Shown here: positions 19,215 through 27,829 of the stretch, piece by piece | Layout: every line of letters begins with the position of its first letter | Position numbering within the stretch: position 1 is the stretch's first letter | DNA from: Candidatus Bathyarchaeota archaeon | GTDB taxonomy: Archaea; Thermoproteota; Bathyarchaeia; Bathyarchaeales; Bathycorpusculaceae | Assembly: GCA_963767735.1 (NCBI GenBank) | Contig: CAVYES010000001.1 | Location: 1-33,781 of the forward strand | Direction of reading: 5' to 3' | Length of the DNA stretch: 33,781 nucleotides | Program-made: the position numbers and the translations under genes | The notes under the pieces: generated by a model | Told to the model about the DNA's origin: nothing | Databases searched by the model: none | Seen by the model: only the letters and a program-made list of their open reading frames with translations

Positions 19215-20201
19215 TTACACCAACGGATACACCCATGTTACAATTGCCACGGTTAGCATTAGCGATAATATTGCGGCAGGTAAGATTATCCGCCAGTTGG
19301 CTGACAATACCTGGTCTATACGCAGTCTTGCAAAAAGAGTTGTTATGTATTCTGTAACCATAACGATTGCCAACACCTTGAGTACAAACCACAAGGAATA
19401 CCAGAACGCTGGTAGCCCAAACAATACAGGACCGTATGGCCCGCCAAGGAACAATTCAACCACCAAGGCTGCTCCGAAAACAATCTGCACGTCACGTGTC
19501 AAATGAAGGAAGGCTAATTTAGCGCCTGTATATTCGGTTTCTAATCCGCCGACCAATTCGCTTTCTGCATCAGGAACGTCAAAGGGGTCTTTTTCCAGTT
19601 CCGCCTGCATAGCTATCATAAAAAGCACGAAAGCCCAAGGCGCTAAAAGGATGTATGGAATTGTCTGGCTTTGGGCTATAACGAATATGCTTAAGCTTCC
19701 AGCGATAAATGCCGGTGTTAACGCAAGCAGGAAAAGCGGTATATCGTAACCGAGGAACTGGGTTAACACCCTAGCTGAGCTAATAGTGCCATAAGGGTTT
19801 CCCGATGCCCATCCTGAAAGGAATAGCAAAAAGCTAGCAATTGTAGAGAACGCCAAAATAATAATTAAGTCACCGTTAAACCCGGTTGTAGAAAGTACGC
19901 TTGCACCATCGATAGGCAAGAAGCACATTGCGAAAACCATAATTGTGAAGGCTATAAGGGGCGCAAACTTGAAAACGGTTTTTTTAGCATCCCGTGGTTC
20001 AATATCTTCTTTTGTTAACAGCTTTATGAAGTCTGCTAACGGCTGAAGAATTCCGCTTGGCCCTGCGACCATGGGGCCAACGCGGTTTTGTAAGCGTGCT
20101 TCGAGCTTTCGCTCAACCCAATCGCAGAATAAAGTTAACAGTAGTATGAATGTGAAACCTGGGAAGATTAGTATTCTGAGGATTAAGTCGAAGTCAATCA
20201 T
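19215..20201 (-). CDS. nuoH: Membrane subunit H (NuoH/ND1-like)
   Basis: ERKLEARLQNRVGP, GILQPLADFIKLLTKE, PFDVPDAESELVGG..TEY, RLRIDQ. Confidence 0.95.
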   Translation of the reverse strand: MIDFDLILRILIFPGFTFILLLTLFCDWVERKLEARLQNRVGPMVAGPSGILQPLADFIKLLTKEDIEPRDAKKTVFKFAPLIAFTIMVFAMCFLPIDGASVLSTTGFNGDLIIILAFSTIASFLLFLSGWASGNPYGTISSARVLTQFLGYDIPLFLLALTPAFIAGSLSIFVIAQSQTIPYILLAPWAFVLFMIAMQAELEKDPFDVPDAESELVGGLETEYTGAKLAFLHLTRDVQIVFGAALVVELFLGGPYGPVLFGLPAFWYSLWFVLKVLAIVMVTEYITTLFARLRIDQVLSANWRIILPAAILSLMLTVAIVTWVYPLV

Positions 20202-20207
20202 TTATTA

Positions 20208-21782
20208 TCACCTGTCGGTGCATGAGAAGCATGGGTCTAAGCTAACAAAGTTCGGAGGAATATCAGCTATGTTTTCACCTATTGCTGTTTGCAGGAATGA
20301 TGGAATGTTAGCGAATGTTGGGGTGCGGATTTTAACTCGCTCTGGGGAAACCGTACCGTTGCCTTTTACATAATAGAATAACTCGCCTCTTGGAGCTTCG
20401 ACACAGCACACTGCTTCACCCTCAGGCACATATCGTGACGTTTGAACTCGAATTGGCCCTGTCGGCAGATGATCAAGAGCGTACTCAATTATGTTTATGC
20501 TTTCTTCAATTTCATCCATACGAACATTCATTCTTGCCCATGTGTCACCTGTAGTGTAGCCTATTTCTTTGAATGGAATGTCACCATAGACTTCATAGGG
20601 AAAATCTTTGCGTACATCAATGTCGTAGCCTGAAGCTCGGGCTACTGGACCAACAACGCACAGTTTTATTGCATCTTCTCTTGAGAGTACCCCCACGTCT
20701 TGCATACGAGCTCTTATTGAACGTTCATCTTGGTAGAGTTTCTTATAGAACGGAACCTTCTTTCTTAGATCAGCCAGAACAGTTTTGATTTTGGGGGCAT
20801 CACTTTCTTTCAGATCTCGTCTAACGCCGCCTATAGTCATAAGTGATCCGTAAACGCGGTTGCCGCTGGTTAACTCGATTAAATCCATGATTGGTTCTCG
20901 GTCTCTCCAGAAATACTGGAATAAGGTTTCGTAGCCGATTTCTAAGCCTGCATGACCTAAAGTTAACAAGTGACTGTGGAGCCTGTTAAGCTCTAAAGCT
21001 ATTACTCGCAGGTACTTAGCTCGTGGGGGAACGTCAGTTTTCAATATTTTCTCAACCGCGCCTACGAAGCCATAGGCATGACAGGGATTGCATATGCCAC
21101 ATACTCTCTCAACCAAGTAAATGTCCTGCACATATGTTCGAGACTCAGCTGCTTTCTCTATGCCCCGGTGAACGTAGCCAAGTCGTGGTTCAACCTTAGT
21201 TACTATTTCTCCATCAACTGTTACGGAGAATTTTTCTGGTTCCAGCAATGCTGGGTGCTGTGGACCAATAATAAGTTTAACAAGTCTCCCAGTCTCTGGC
21301 GTCTTGTTTTCTTCCACAGACGCTGGGTTTAGTTTTACTTCGTTTGCTTTAACATCCTTTCTTAATGGATAAACGCCTTGAGGCCAATACTCGGACAAAA
21401 GGAAGTGACGAGGACTTGGATTGCCTTCGAAGACAACTCCCAAAAGATCTGCCACCTCCAATTCATGAAGTGCTGCACCTGGAATAATGTCAATTATTGT
21501 TTGGATTTTTGGGTTTTCTTTTGGCACCTCTGTACATATGCCGAAAAAACCTTTTGCGGTATGCGTGTGATATAATAAGCCTATATTTGCTCCAAGGTCT
21601 AAACCGGTTATAGCAGTGATGCCAGTTTTTTCATCAACCTCCAGAATGGCTTTTAGTACATCTCTGTGCAAGCCATTGCTGGTTTTTATGGCGGCTGTGC
21701 CAAGGTGACCAAGTTGAATCTGGCCTTTATCTTTAAGTTTAGATTCAATCACGCTAATGATATCAATTTCACTGTTTGGCAT
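20208..21782 (-). CDS. nuoCD: Group 4 [NiFe]-hydrogenase large subunit, fused NuoC+NuoD-like
   Basis: N-terminal NuoC-like domain (ELEVADLLGVVFEGNP...YPLRKD), then IGPQHP, GYVHRGIEK, L1 motif ERVCGICNPCH, EAPRGE, and L2 motif DPCFSCTDR-stop. Confidence 0.95.
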   Translation of the reverse strand: MPNSEIDIISVIESKLKDKGQIQLGHLGTAAIKTSNGLHRDVLKAILEVDEKTGITAITGLDLGANIGLLYHTHTAKGFFGICTEVPKENPKIQTIIDIIPGAALHELEVADLLGVVFEGNPSPRHFLLSEYWPQGVYPLRKDVKANEVKLNPASVEENKTPETGRLVKLIIGPQHPALLEPEKFSVTVDGEIVTKVEPRLGYVHRGIEKAAESRTYVQDIYLVERVCGICNPCHAYGFVGAVEKILKTDVPPRAKYLRVIALELNRLHSHLLTLGHAGLEIGYETLFQYFWRDREPIMDLIELTSGNRVYGSLMTIGGVRRDLKESDAPKIKTVLADLRKKVPFYKKLYQDERSIRARMQDVGVLSREDAIKLCVVGPVARASGYDIDVRKDFPYEVYGDIPFKEIGYTTGDTWARMNVRMDEIEESINIIEYALDHLPTGPIRVQTSRYVPEGEAVCCVEAPRGELFYYVKGNGTVSPERVKIRTPTFANIPSFLQTAIGENIADIPPNFVSLDPCFSCTDR

Positions 21783-21816
21783 CTGGTTTTTGTCTCCTTT
21801 ACTGATGGTTTAGCTT

Positions 21817-22338
21817 CTATAGATTCACAAACACTTCTGGTTGGGCAACAATTGGTTTTGCTCCGTCCTTAGGAAACTGAGGCTGTTTTTCTCGTTTCGG
21901 TTGCTTCTTTGGTTTAGGCGGATTTAAAGCGTTTAGAAGCTTCACTACCCCATCTATGATTGCTTCTGGACGCGGCGCACATCCAGGTATGTACGCATTA
22001 ACTGGGAGAATTTTGTCTACTCCGCCTACCACGTTATAGTTTCCTTCGAAAACGCCGCCACTGCACGCGCATGCACCGATCGCTACGACAAATTTCGGTT
22101 GCGGCATTTGATCGTAGACTCGTTTTAGTCGTTCTGCACATTGCTGAGTGACGCAGCCTGTTACCAGCAAGACGTCAGCATGTCGTGGTGAAGGCTCAAG
22201 CTTTATGCCGAAACGTTCAACATCGTACTTTGGCGTAAGCAACGCGACTATTTCGATGTCACAACCGTTGCAGGCTCCTGAGTTAAAATGCAGTACCCAA
22301 GGTGACTTTACTCTTGCCCATGTTACGGTATTGGTCAT
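21817..22338 (-). CDS. nuoB: [NiFe]-hydrogenase small subunit / NuoB-like
   Basis: GACNGCDIE (hydrogenase-type CxxC), SPRHADVL, GACACSGG, IPGCAPRP. Confidence 0.95.
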   Translation of the reverse strand: MTNTVTWARVKSPWVLHFNSGACNGCDIEIVALLTPKYDVERFGIKLEPSPRHADVLLVTGCVTQQCAERLKRVYDQMPQPKFVVAIGACACSGGVFEGNYNVVGGVDKILPVNAYIPGCAPRPEAIIDGVVKLLNALNPPKPKKQPKREKQPQFPKDGAKPIVAQPEVFVNL

Positions 22339-22667
22339 TAGTCGTTACCTCCTTCTAAAAGGATCAAGCCTGCGACAAGGATAATGCCGAGATAAGGAAT
22401 CAAGAGAAGCGGGTTTGTGCCTGATAAAGAGGTAAAAGCAAAAGCGAGTACAAGTATTGCTGAGTCGAAAATTACGAAGTAAATTAGGTACTTATATAGC
22501 GATACGTTGATTTTTAACCCTGGGAAGGACGCTTTTTCTCCACAAGCGTATGATGCTTGCTCGTTTTCGCTTGTGGTGGTTTTAGGCGCTGACCTTTTGC
22601 CTAAATTGTAGATTGCAAGTGTTGAAATGAATATTAATATAAACGCGATGATAGCTTCAACAATCAT
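22338..22667 (-). CDS. nuoA: Membrane subunit A (NuoA/ND3-like)
   Basis: SYACGE loop and YLIYFVIFD; three TM segments; TAATG coupling to nuoB. Likely start ATG 22667 (ORF track uses GTG 22682). Confidence 0.88.
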   Translation of the reverse strand: MIVEAIIAFILIFISTLAIYNLGKRSAPKTTTSENEQASYACGEKASFPGLKINVSLYKYLIYFVIFDSAILVLAFAFTSLSGTNPLLLIPYLGIILVAGLILLEGGND

Positions 22668-22832
22668 GCTGTTTCTCTCCACAAAAACTTTTGTCTTTGA
22701 ACATCAAAGCTGCCTCAAGGGCGGAGTCAAATTTGCACTGGGCATAGCCAAAAAAAGGCATCATGAACAAATATAATTTATCTGCAACAGAACTTTTCTG
22801 AGAAACCAATAATATGTTTAATTGGTAGAACG

Positions 22833-22878
22833 ATATTTGTCTGAAAATAATAATAAATAATATTTATCTGAAAACAAT
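22833..22878. promoter_or_regulatory. Imperfect 19-bp direct repeat upstream of the hydrogenase operon
   Basis: ATATTTGTCTGAAAATAAT (22833-22851) and ATATTTATCTGAAAACAAT (22860-22878), 17/19 identical. Confidence 0.4.
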
Positions 22879-23134
22879 TGTATATACTTTCTTGCCCAGA
22901 TATTTTTTCCCCATAGTTTCCCGACATATTTCTGTGTACATTATACTCTGAGATTTAAATATATATAATGAACAATAGAAAAACAATGGTTAAATTAGAT
23001 TTTTTGTTAGCTCAAAAAATTCGTGTCCGGAGCACTAAAGCGAATAGCGTTGGACAAAATTTTCTTCGATCTTATTAATTTCCATAAATGTTGATAGCAA
23101 AAATTCAAAAGTCTTAACCCAAGAACTTGATGCT

Positions 23135-23632
23135 TCAACTTAACAAATTTTGCATTAACACAATTTCCCCTGGGGCAAGCCAAATATCCCCGTAAAACTC
23201 GAATATCCGCCAACTGAAAAGTCGCCATAGCTCGAGGAAACCCATTCTTCGAAAACCATTTCGGCTCAGCACACTCAAGGCAGCTCTGTTTCGTCTTTGC
23301 GTGGAAGCAAAAACTGCTTTTACACCATCTACTTTGAGACGTTGAATCCCCTCGGTCGTAAGTGTGCTTGCAACACCTTTTCGGCGAAAATTTGGGTGAA
23401 CAGCAATCCAAAGTATGCAACCGAATTTGCTGGGGCCTACTTGGAACTCGATCAGCTTAACAAAGCCAACCGCGGTCCCTTGCGCCTCACTTACCAGCAC
23501 TTGCCCTTCATCTGAAAATAAGCTGCGGATGGCAAAGAAACCCATTAACCTTGAAAAAGATAAAGCTACTATTTCCCTAAGCCTGCCCGCATCACTCGGC
23601 GATATTTGCCTTATTGAAAACTCTGCAGCCAT
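23135..23632 (-). CDS. GNAT family N-acetyltransferase
   Basis: IAVHPNFRRKGVAS acetyl-CoA motif and NRAALSVLSRNGF. Confidence 0.88.
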   Translation of the reverse strand: MAAEFSIRQISPSDAGRLREIVALSFSRLMGFFAIRSLFSDEGQVLVSEAQGTAVGFVKLIEFQVGPSKFGCILWIAVHPNFRRKGVASTLTTEGIQRLKVDGVKAVFASTQRRNRAALSVLSRNGFRRMGFLELWRLFSWRIFEFYGDIWLAPGEIVLMQNLLS

Positions 23633-23694
23633 AAGCGCGCGTTCCCTCCCATAATGAATAATGAAAGATTAAAACTTAAACATGAAGGCTACTG

Positions 23695-24882
23695 TTAAAG
23701 TGGGATGAGGGGTGGTCCGCCGGGTTTTGGCTCCAATTTTTCCTCGGGTTTTTTGTGGGAAAAGATAAGGCTTGTTGACTTCGCAATCTGCGGAACACCT
23801 GCAAGGTCTTCGAATATGAGTAAGCCCCTGGCTAGTAAAGCGAATACACCTGCTATTGGAGCTGCAACTCCGAGGAGGCCGAGGATTCCGACTATTCCGA
23901 ATTCCTGCACGCCTATGCCTGCTGGAGTAATAGGTATGAAAGCGAGGGCAGTTACCAATGGGTGGATCAAGAAGAAGGCTAGCCACCAAGACCACGTTAA
24001 TTGTGAGATTCCTAAGGCGTAACCTAAAAACCACCATTCAAAACCTTTTATGACCCAGCATGCACTAGTCAAAGCTAATATTTCAGGGATGGCTTTGCTC
24101 GTGCTGCCAGAGCTTTCTTTGTATTCTTCAAGCTTACCCATCAAGCCGCCAGTGAATCTTTTGAGGAATCTCCAGTTGGCGATTCGGTCAAATATGGAGA
24201 TGGCTCGCTTTGACCATGTGAAGGCGGCAAGGATGACTGCGCCAGTCATCATCAAGCTTATGCCAAGGGCCGCGATAATTATTCCAATGTTTACGCCTGC
24301 AATCTGTGTTGGAAATATGATGTTCCATGTTTTTGCAGGGACCGTAGTGACTAATAGTATTACTGCGCCGATTCCGCCGACGACTTTAATTAGAAATTCA
24401 AATGTTTGAATGCCTAGAACGCTTGAGAGGCTTTTTGATGTCGGTACATCTTGATCTCTTAAGTAAACTGGCGTGAGGATGTAGCCTGAGCGTCCAGGTG
24501 TGACGTCGCTGGTTAGCATGCCAGCATACTGAGCGAGTAATGTTTTGCCAAATGAGGTTTTTACATTGTTTTTGCTTAGGACTCTTCTAAGCCGCACCGT
24601 GAATAAAAGGTTTATTCCAAAGTACATTAGGAAAGCAAGCAGCAGAAACTCGATTTTGATGGTGAGAATTGTGGTGTAGATGTAGTCGACTCCTTTCAGA
24701 ATGGTCATTTCTCCAGGTTTAAAGGTCGCGGGAACAGTTGTGCCTACGTACCACAATAATGCTGCCAAAATAGCAACCATGACCACTACTTGGAGAAGAA
24801 TCCTAACGATTTGCCCTGAAAAAAGCGATTTTCTCTTTTGTTTACGGGGTAATTGTGAAGTTGTCAATGTGAAGAGGAACAT
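23695..24882 (-). CDS. Flippase-like membrane protein (UPF0104 / lysylphosphatidylglycerol synthase TM family)
   Basis: Multi-TM protein with SDVTPGRSG and IPITPAGIGVQE family-type motifs. Exact start uncertain. Confidence 0.82.
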   Translation of the reverse strand: MFLFTLTTSQLPRKQKRKSLFSGQIVRILLQVVVMVAILAALLWYVGTTVPATFKPGEMTILKGVDYIYTTILTIKIEFLLLAFLMYFGINLLFTVRLRRVLSKNNVKTSFGKTLLAQYAGMLTSDVTPGRSGYILTPVYLRDQDVPTSKSLSSVLGIQTFEFLIKVVGGIGAVILLVTTVPAKTWNIIFPTQIAGVNIGIIIAALGISLMMTGAVILAAFTWSKRAISIFDRIANWRFLKRFTGGLMGKLEEYKESSGSTSKAIPEILALTSACWVIKGFEWWFLGYALGISQLTWSWWLAFFLIHPLVTALAFIPITPAGIGVQEFGIVGILGLLGVAAPIAGVFALLARGLLIFEDLAGVPQIAKSTSLIFSHKKPEEKLEPKPGGPPLIPL

Positions 24883-24958
24883 TTGTTTTGATGGTTAAAT
24901 CTCTTACGGAAAAATCGAAGTCTGAACCCGAAATGCAATCTGCTCAACTTTGTTTTCT

Positions 24959-25153
24959 TCAGGGTCTTACGCATTCGGCTTTAGGTTTATACGGACGCTT
25001 AGTTGTTCTTTTGCGCTTATGGTATTCACATTCGTTAATCCGAGTTAGTATCCAGCCTAAATCTTGATAAACGCATCCGCAGGGCAACACTACGGTTTTT
25101 TGCTCCTCCGTTTTCACAATGCTTTTTTTGGCGTCCGTCATTGTTTCATTCAT
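24959..25153 (-). CDS. Small basic Cys/His protein, putative Zn-binding
   Basis: LPCGC-x13-CEYH followed by a KRKRTTKRPYKPK tail; GGAGG and a TATA-like stretch upstream. Confidence 0.55.
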   Translation of the reverse strand: MNETMTDAKKSIVKTEEQKTVVLPCGCVYQDLGWILTRINECEYHKRKRTTKRPYKPKAECVRP

Positions 25154-25347
25154 TCTTTCTTTTGGAGGCTAATTACCGTAATAGTTAATCCGTATTTTTA
25201 AAAGTAACCTTTTATTGTGGGCGAAAAGGTTGAGTTTGGCTGGTGGATGAAAATCAGATTTTTTCTCGCCAACCGGTGTTTTAAACAGTTGAGCAGTAGG
25301 CTGTAATCCTTAAATAACTAACCCTGACAATGGCTATACAGGTTTAA

Positions 25348-26280
25348 ATGAAGCGTAGCATACCCATTGTTCTCTTCGCTGCTGTGGCATGCCTCTTGAT
25401 TATTGCGTCTTTTGGAGGAGGAATGGCGCAAACCTACACTCAGTACAAAATCCAGCTTAACAGCGACGGCTCCGCTTTTTGGACGATAACTCAGGTTTCA
25501 GGTTTAAACGGGACGGTTGATTCCTTGCCGGATTTTCAGCAGAAAGTGACTTCTCTTGTGGATGCGGCGGCTGCTCAAACTCAAAGACCAATGGGCGTCG
25601 ACAACTATTCATTTCAGACAATCACTACTATCACGTCAAGCGACTCGAAAACCACCGAGTACATGTTCACGTGGCAAAATTTTAGCAAAACAGAAAACGG
25701 CGAGCTGAATGCGGGAGACGTGTTTGGCGTGTCCGGATTCTTTAGTCAGTTGTACGGTGACGGCGCCTTGCAAATCAATTATCCTGCGAATTATACCTTG
25801 AGATCGGTTACGCCGACGCCTGATGAGAAAGATGCTTCCACGCAGACGCTGCAGTGGCTGGGAACCCAATTCTTCGTAACTGAGCATCCAAGCATCGTAC
25901 TTGCAGTTCAAGACAAGGGCTCCGCCAATTCTGGACCACAACCCTATTTGCTGGTGGGCTCTGTTTTGGCGGTTGTTGCCGTGGCAGCAGTTTCAGGATG
26001 GTTCCTTCTTGCCAGGCGGCGTTGTAGCCGAGCCGGGGAAGCGTCAGTTTTGGCGTCGTCTGCGGCTTTGTTGGAGACTGAGGAGGAAAAAGTTGTTAAG
26101 GTGCTTCGCTCCAATGGGGGCACTGCGTATCAATCTGCTATTACGGAGCAGTGCAGGTTCTCGAAGGCTAAAACGAGCCAGTTGCTTGGCGCTTTAGAGG
26201 CAAAGGGAGTTGTGCAAAGATATAAAAGGGGACGGGATAAAATAGTGAATCTAACTGAACAAGCAAAGGGCGAAAAATAA
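25348..26280 (+). CDS. Membrane-anchored winged-helix transcriptional regulator (signal peptide, extracellular domain, TM helix, C-terminal wHTH)
   Basis: Hydrophobic N-terminal signal, T/S-rich beta-type ectodomain, TM YLLVGSVLAVVAVAAVSGWFLL-ARRR, then EEEKVVKVLRSNGG.AYQSAI....FSKAKTSQLLGALEAKGVVQRYKRGRDKIV. Confidence 0.85.
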   Translation: MKRSIPIVLFAAVACLLIIASFGGGMAQTYTQYKIQLNSDGSAFWTITQVSGLNGTVDSLPDFQQKVTSLVDAAAAQTQRPMGVDNYSFQTITTITSSDSKTTEYMFTWQNFSKTENGELNAGDVFGVSGFFSQLYGDGALQINYPANYTLRSVTPTPDEKDASTQTLQWLGTQFFVTEHPSIVLAVQDKGSANSGPQPYLLVGSVLAVVAVAAVSGWFLLARRRCSRAGEASVLASSAALLETEEEKVVKVLRSNGGTAYQSAITEQCRFSKAKTSQLLGALEAKGVVQRYKRGRDKIVNLTEQAKGEK

Positions 26281-27014
26281 TGCGTTTTAACAAAAAGAAA
26301 ACAAGCATAATCGCACTCGTATTGGCGGCTTCTTTACTGGTTGTTTTTCCCATTCAAATCGTTAAGGCTCAAACCACAACCGTGACTGTCACGCCGCAAA
26401 CCAGCACCCCCGCCGTCGGCCAAACCATAACAATAAGCATTCAACTAAACAACGTGCAAAACCTATATGGAATCGCCTTAACCCTCAATTGGAATCCCTC
26501 TATGCTTAGCCTTCAGGCAAATTCAAATCAGACCTTCATAGGAACATCCAACGGGGTGCTGAACACGCCAACATCAGTATTTCAGGATTCGGCTTCCCAA
26601 GCAATAGGCGAATTTGACCTTGCCGCGGTCTCCGTAAGCCCGGCAGCCGCGTTTAGCGGAAGCGGAACCATAGCAACCATGAAGTTCACGGTGACAAACG
26701 CAGGAGACTCAAATTTGGCACTGGTAAGCACACTTGCTAACTACGCGCCAGGCGGAACCTCAGAACCCATAGCCCACAATGACGTAAGCGGCACAGTTGA
26801 CGCCACCTCCACCTCAGGCTCATCTTCACCAACTACTTCTCCGACCTCGTCGTCTTCATCTTCCTCGTCGCCCTCTCCAACAGCCACTGTTCCAGAGTTT
26901 CCGTTAATTACGACGTTATCCATCGTTGTCGCCCTGGCGTCCGTTGTCGTCGCGTTTGCTACGAAAAAAATCGTAAAGCCAACCAATATTTCAGGAATTA
27001 AACTCCGAAGTTAA
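26280..27014 (+). CDS. Cell-surface cohesin-like domain protein with S/T linker and PEF-CTERM-like anchor
   Basis: Signal peptide; VGQTITISIQLNNVQNLYGIALTLNWNPSML...FSGSGTIATMKF (cohesin-like); poly-Ser/Thr linker; VPEFP + TM helix + basic residues. Start overlaps the previous stop (TAATG). Confidence 0.8.
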   Translation: MRFNKKKTSIIALVLAASLLVVFPIQIVKAQTTTVTVTPQTSTPAVGQTITISIQLNNVQNLYGIALTLNWNPSMLSLQANSNQTFIGTSNGVLNTPTSVFQDSASQAIGEFDLAAVSVSPAAAFSGSGTIATMKFTVTNAGDSNLALVSTLANYAPGGTSEPIAHNDVSGTVDATSTSGSSSPTTSPTSSSSSSSSPSPTATVPEFPLITTLSIVVALASVVVAFATKKIVKPTNISGIKLRS

Positions 27015-27256
27015 CCCATTTTGGGCACAGAAATAGGCAAGTCGTACCAGTCTCCTGTTTTCCAGTTAAGGCATCAAAGCACTTTTTCCGACTTTATATT
27101 TTAACTTTGCAAAAACTTCAAACCCTAAACCAAAAAAACCCCAAAAAATTCCAAATCCACCCAAAAGGCAACTAAAAAAGCGGCAAAGCCGAAAAACTTA
27201 AGTGTAGAGAACCTGTAGTTTTTCCTTAGAACCAAAAACATGGATGTTGAATTCAA

Positions 27257-27829
27257 TTGGCTGTTGAAGGTTTTTTCGAAAACAAAAAGCAACCTGTAGA
27301 AGCAAAAGTCGGAGACTTAACCCCACAATCAAAAGCGGTTAACGTTACGGCCAAAGTAGTATCCAAAACAGAAATCCGAGAAATCCCAATGGGAAGAGAC
27401 GGATCCCCACACAAAGTAAGCGACGCACTGGTCGGCGACGAAACAGGCGTAGTATACGTGACACTATGGGACGACAACATCGAAAAAGTCAACGAAAACG
27501 ACACAATCCGCGTAGAAAACGGCTACGTAACACTATTCAAAGGAAACATACGTCTAAACATCGGCAAATACGGCAAACTTGAACCAGCAAAAGAACCACT
27601 CACTGTAGAAGTAAACACAGAAAATAACGTATCAAGCAAAGCATACGAACAAGAAAGAAGACCATACAGAGGCGGCGGCAGAGGCGGAGGAAGAGGATAC
27701 GGCGGTGGCGGCGGAGGATACGGCGGAGGAGATAGACGCGGTGGTGGCGGCGGAGGATACGGCGGCAACAGAGACAGAGACCGAAGAGGCTCTGGCGGAA
27801 GCGGCGGCGGTTACAGACCAAGATACTAA
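27257..27829 (+). CDS. ssb: Single-OB-fold single-stranded DNA-binding protein with Gly/Arg/Tyr-rich tail
   Basis: KVGDLTP...VNVTAKV, VGDETG...TLWD, IRVENGYV, LNIGKYG (crenarchaeal-type SSB); TTG start. Confidence 0.9.
   Translation: MAVEGFFENKKQPVEAKVGDLTPQSKAVNVTAKVVSKTEIREIPMGRDGSPHKVSDALVGDETGVVYVTLWDDNIEKVNENDTIRVENGYVTLFKGNIRLNIGKYGKLEPAKEPLTVEVNTENNVSSKAYEQERRPYRGGGRGGGRGYGGGGGGYGGGDRRGGGGGGYGGNRDRDRRGSGGSGGGYRPRY
27704..27765 (+). repeat. 23-bp exact direct repeat in the SSB tail
   Basis: GGTGGCGGCGGAGGATACGGCGG at 27704-27726 and 27743-27765. Confidence 0.8.

Noticed and set aside
12981-22667. Ordinary NADH:quinone oxidoreductase or F420H2 dehydrogenase
   Set aside because: No nuoEFG or fpoF, and the Ni-binding cysteines and CxxC small-subunit motif are retained.
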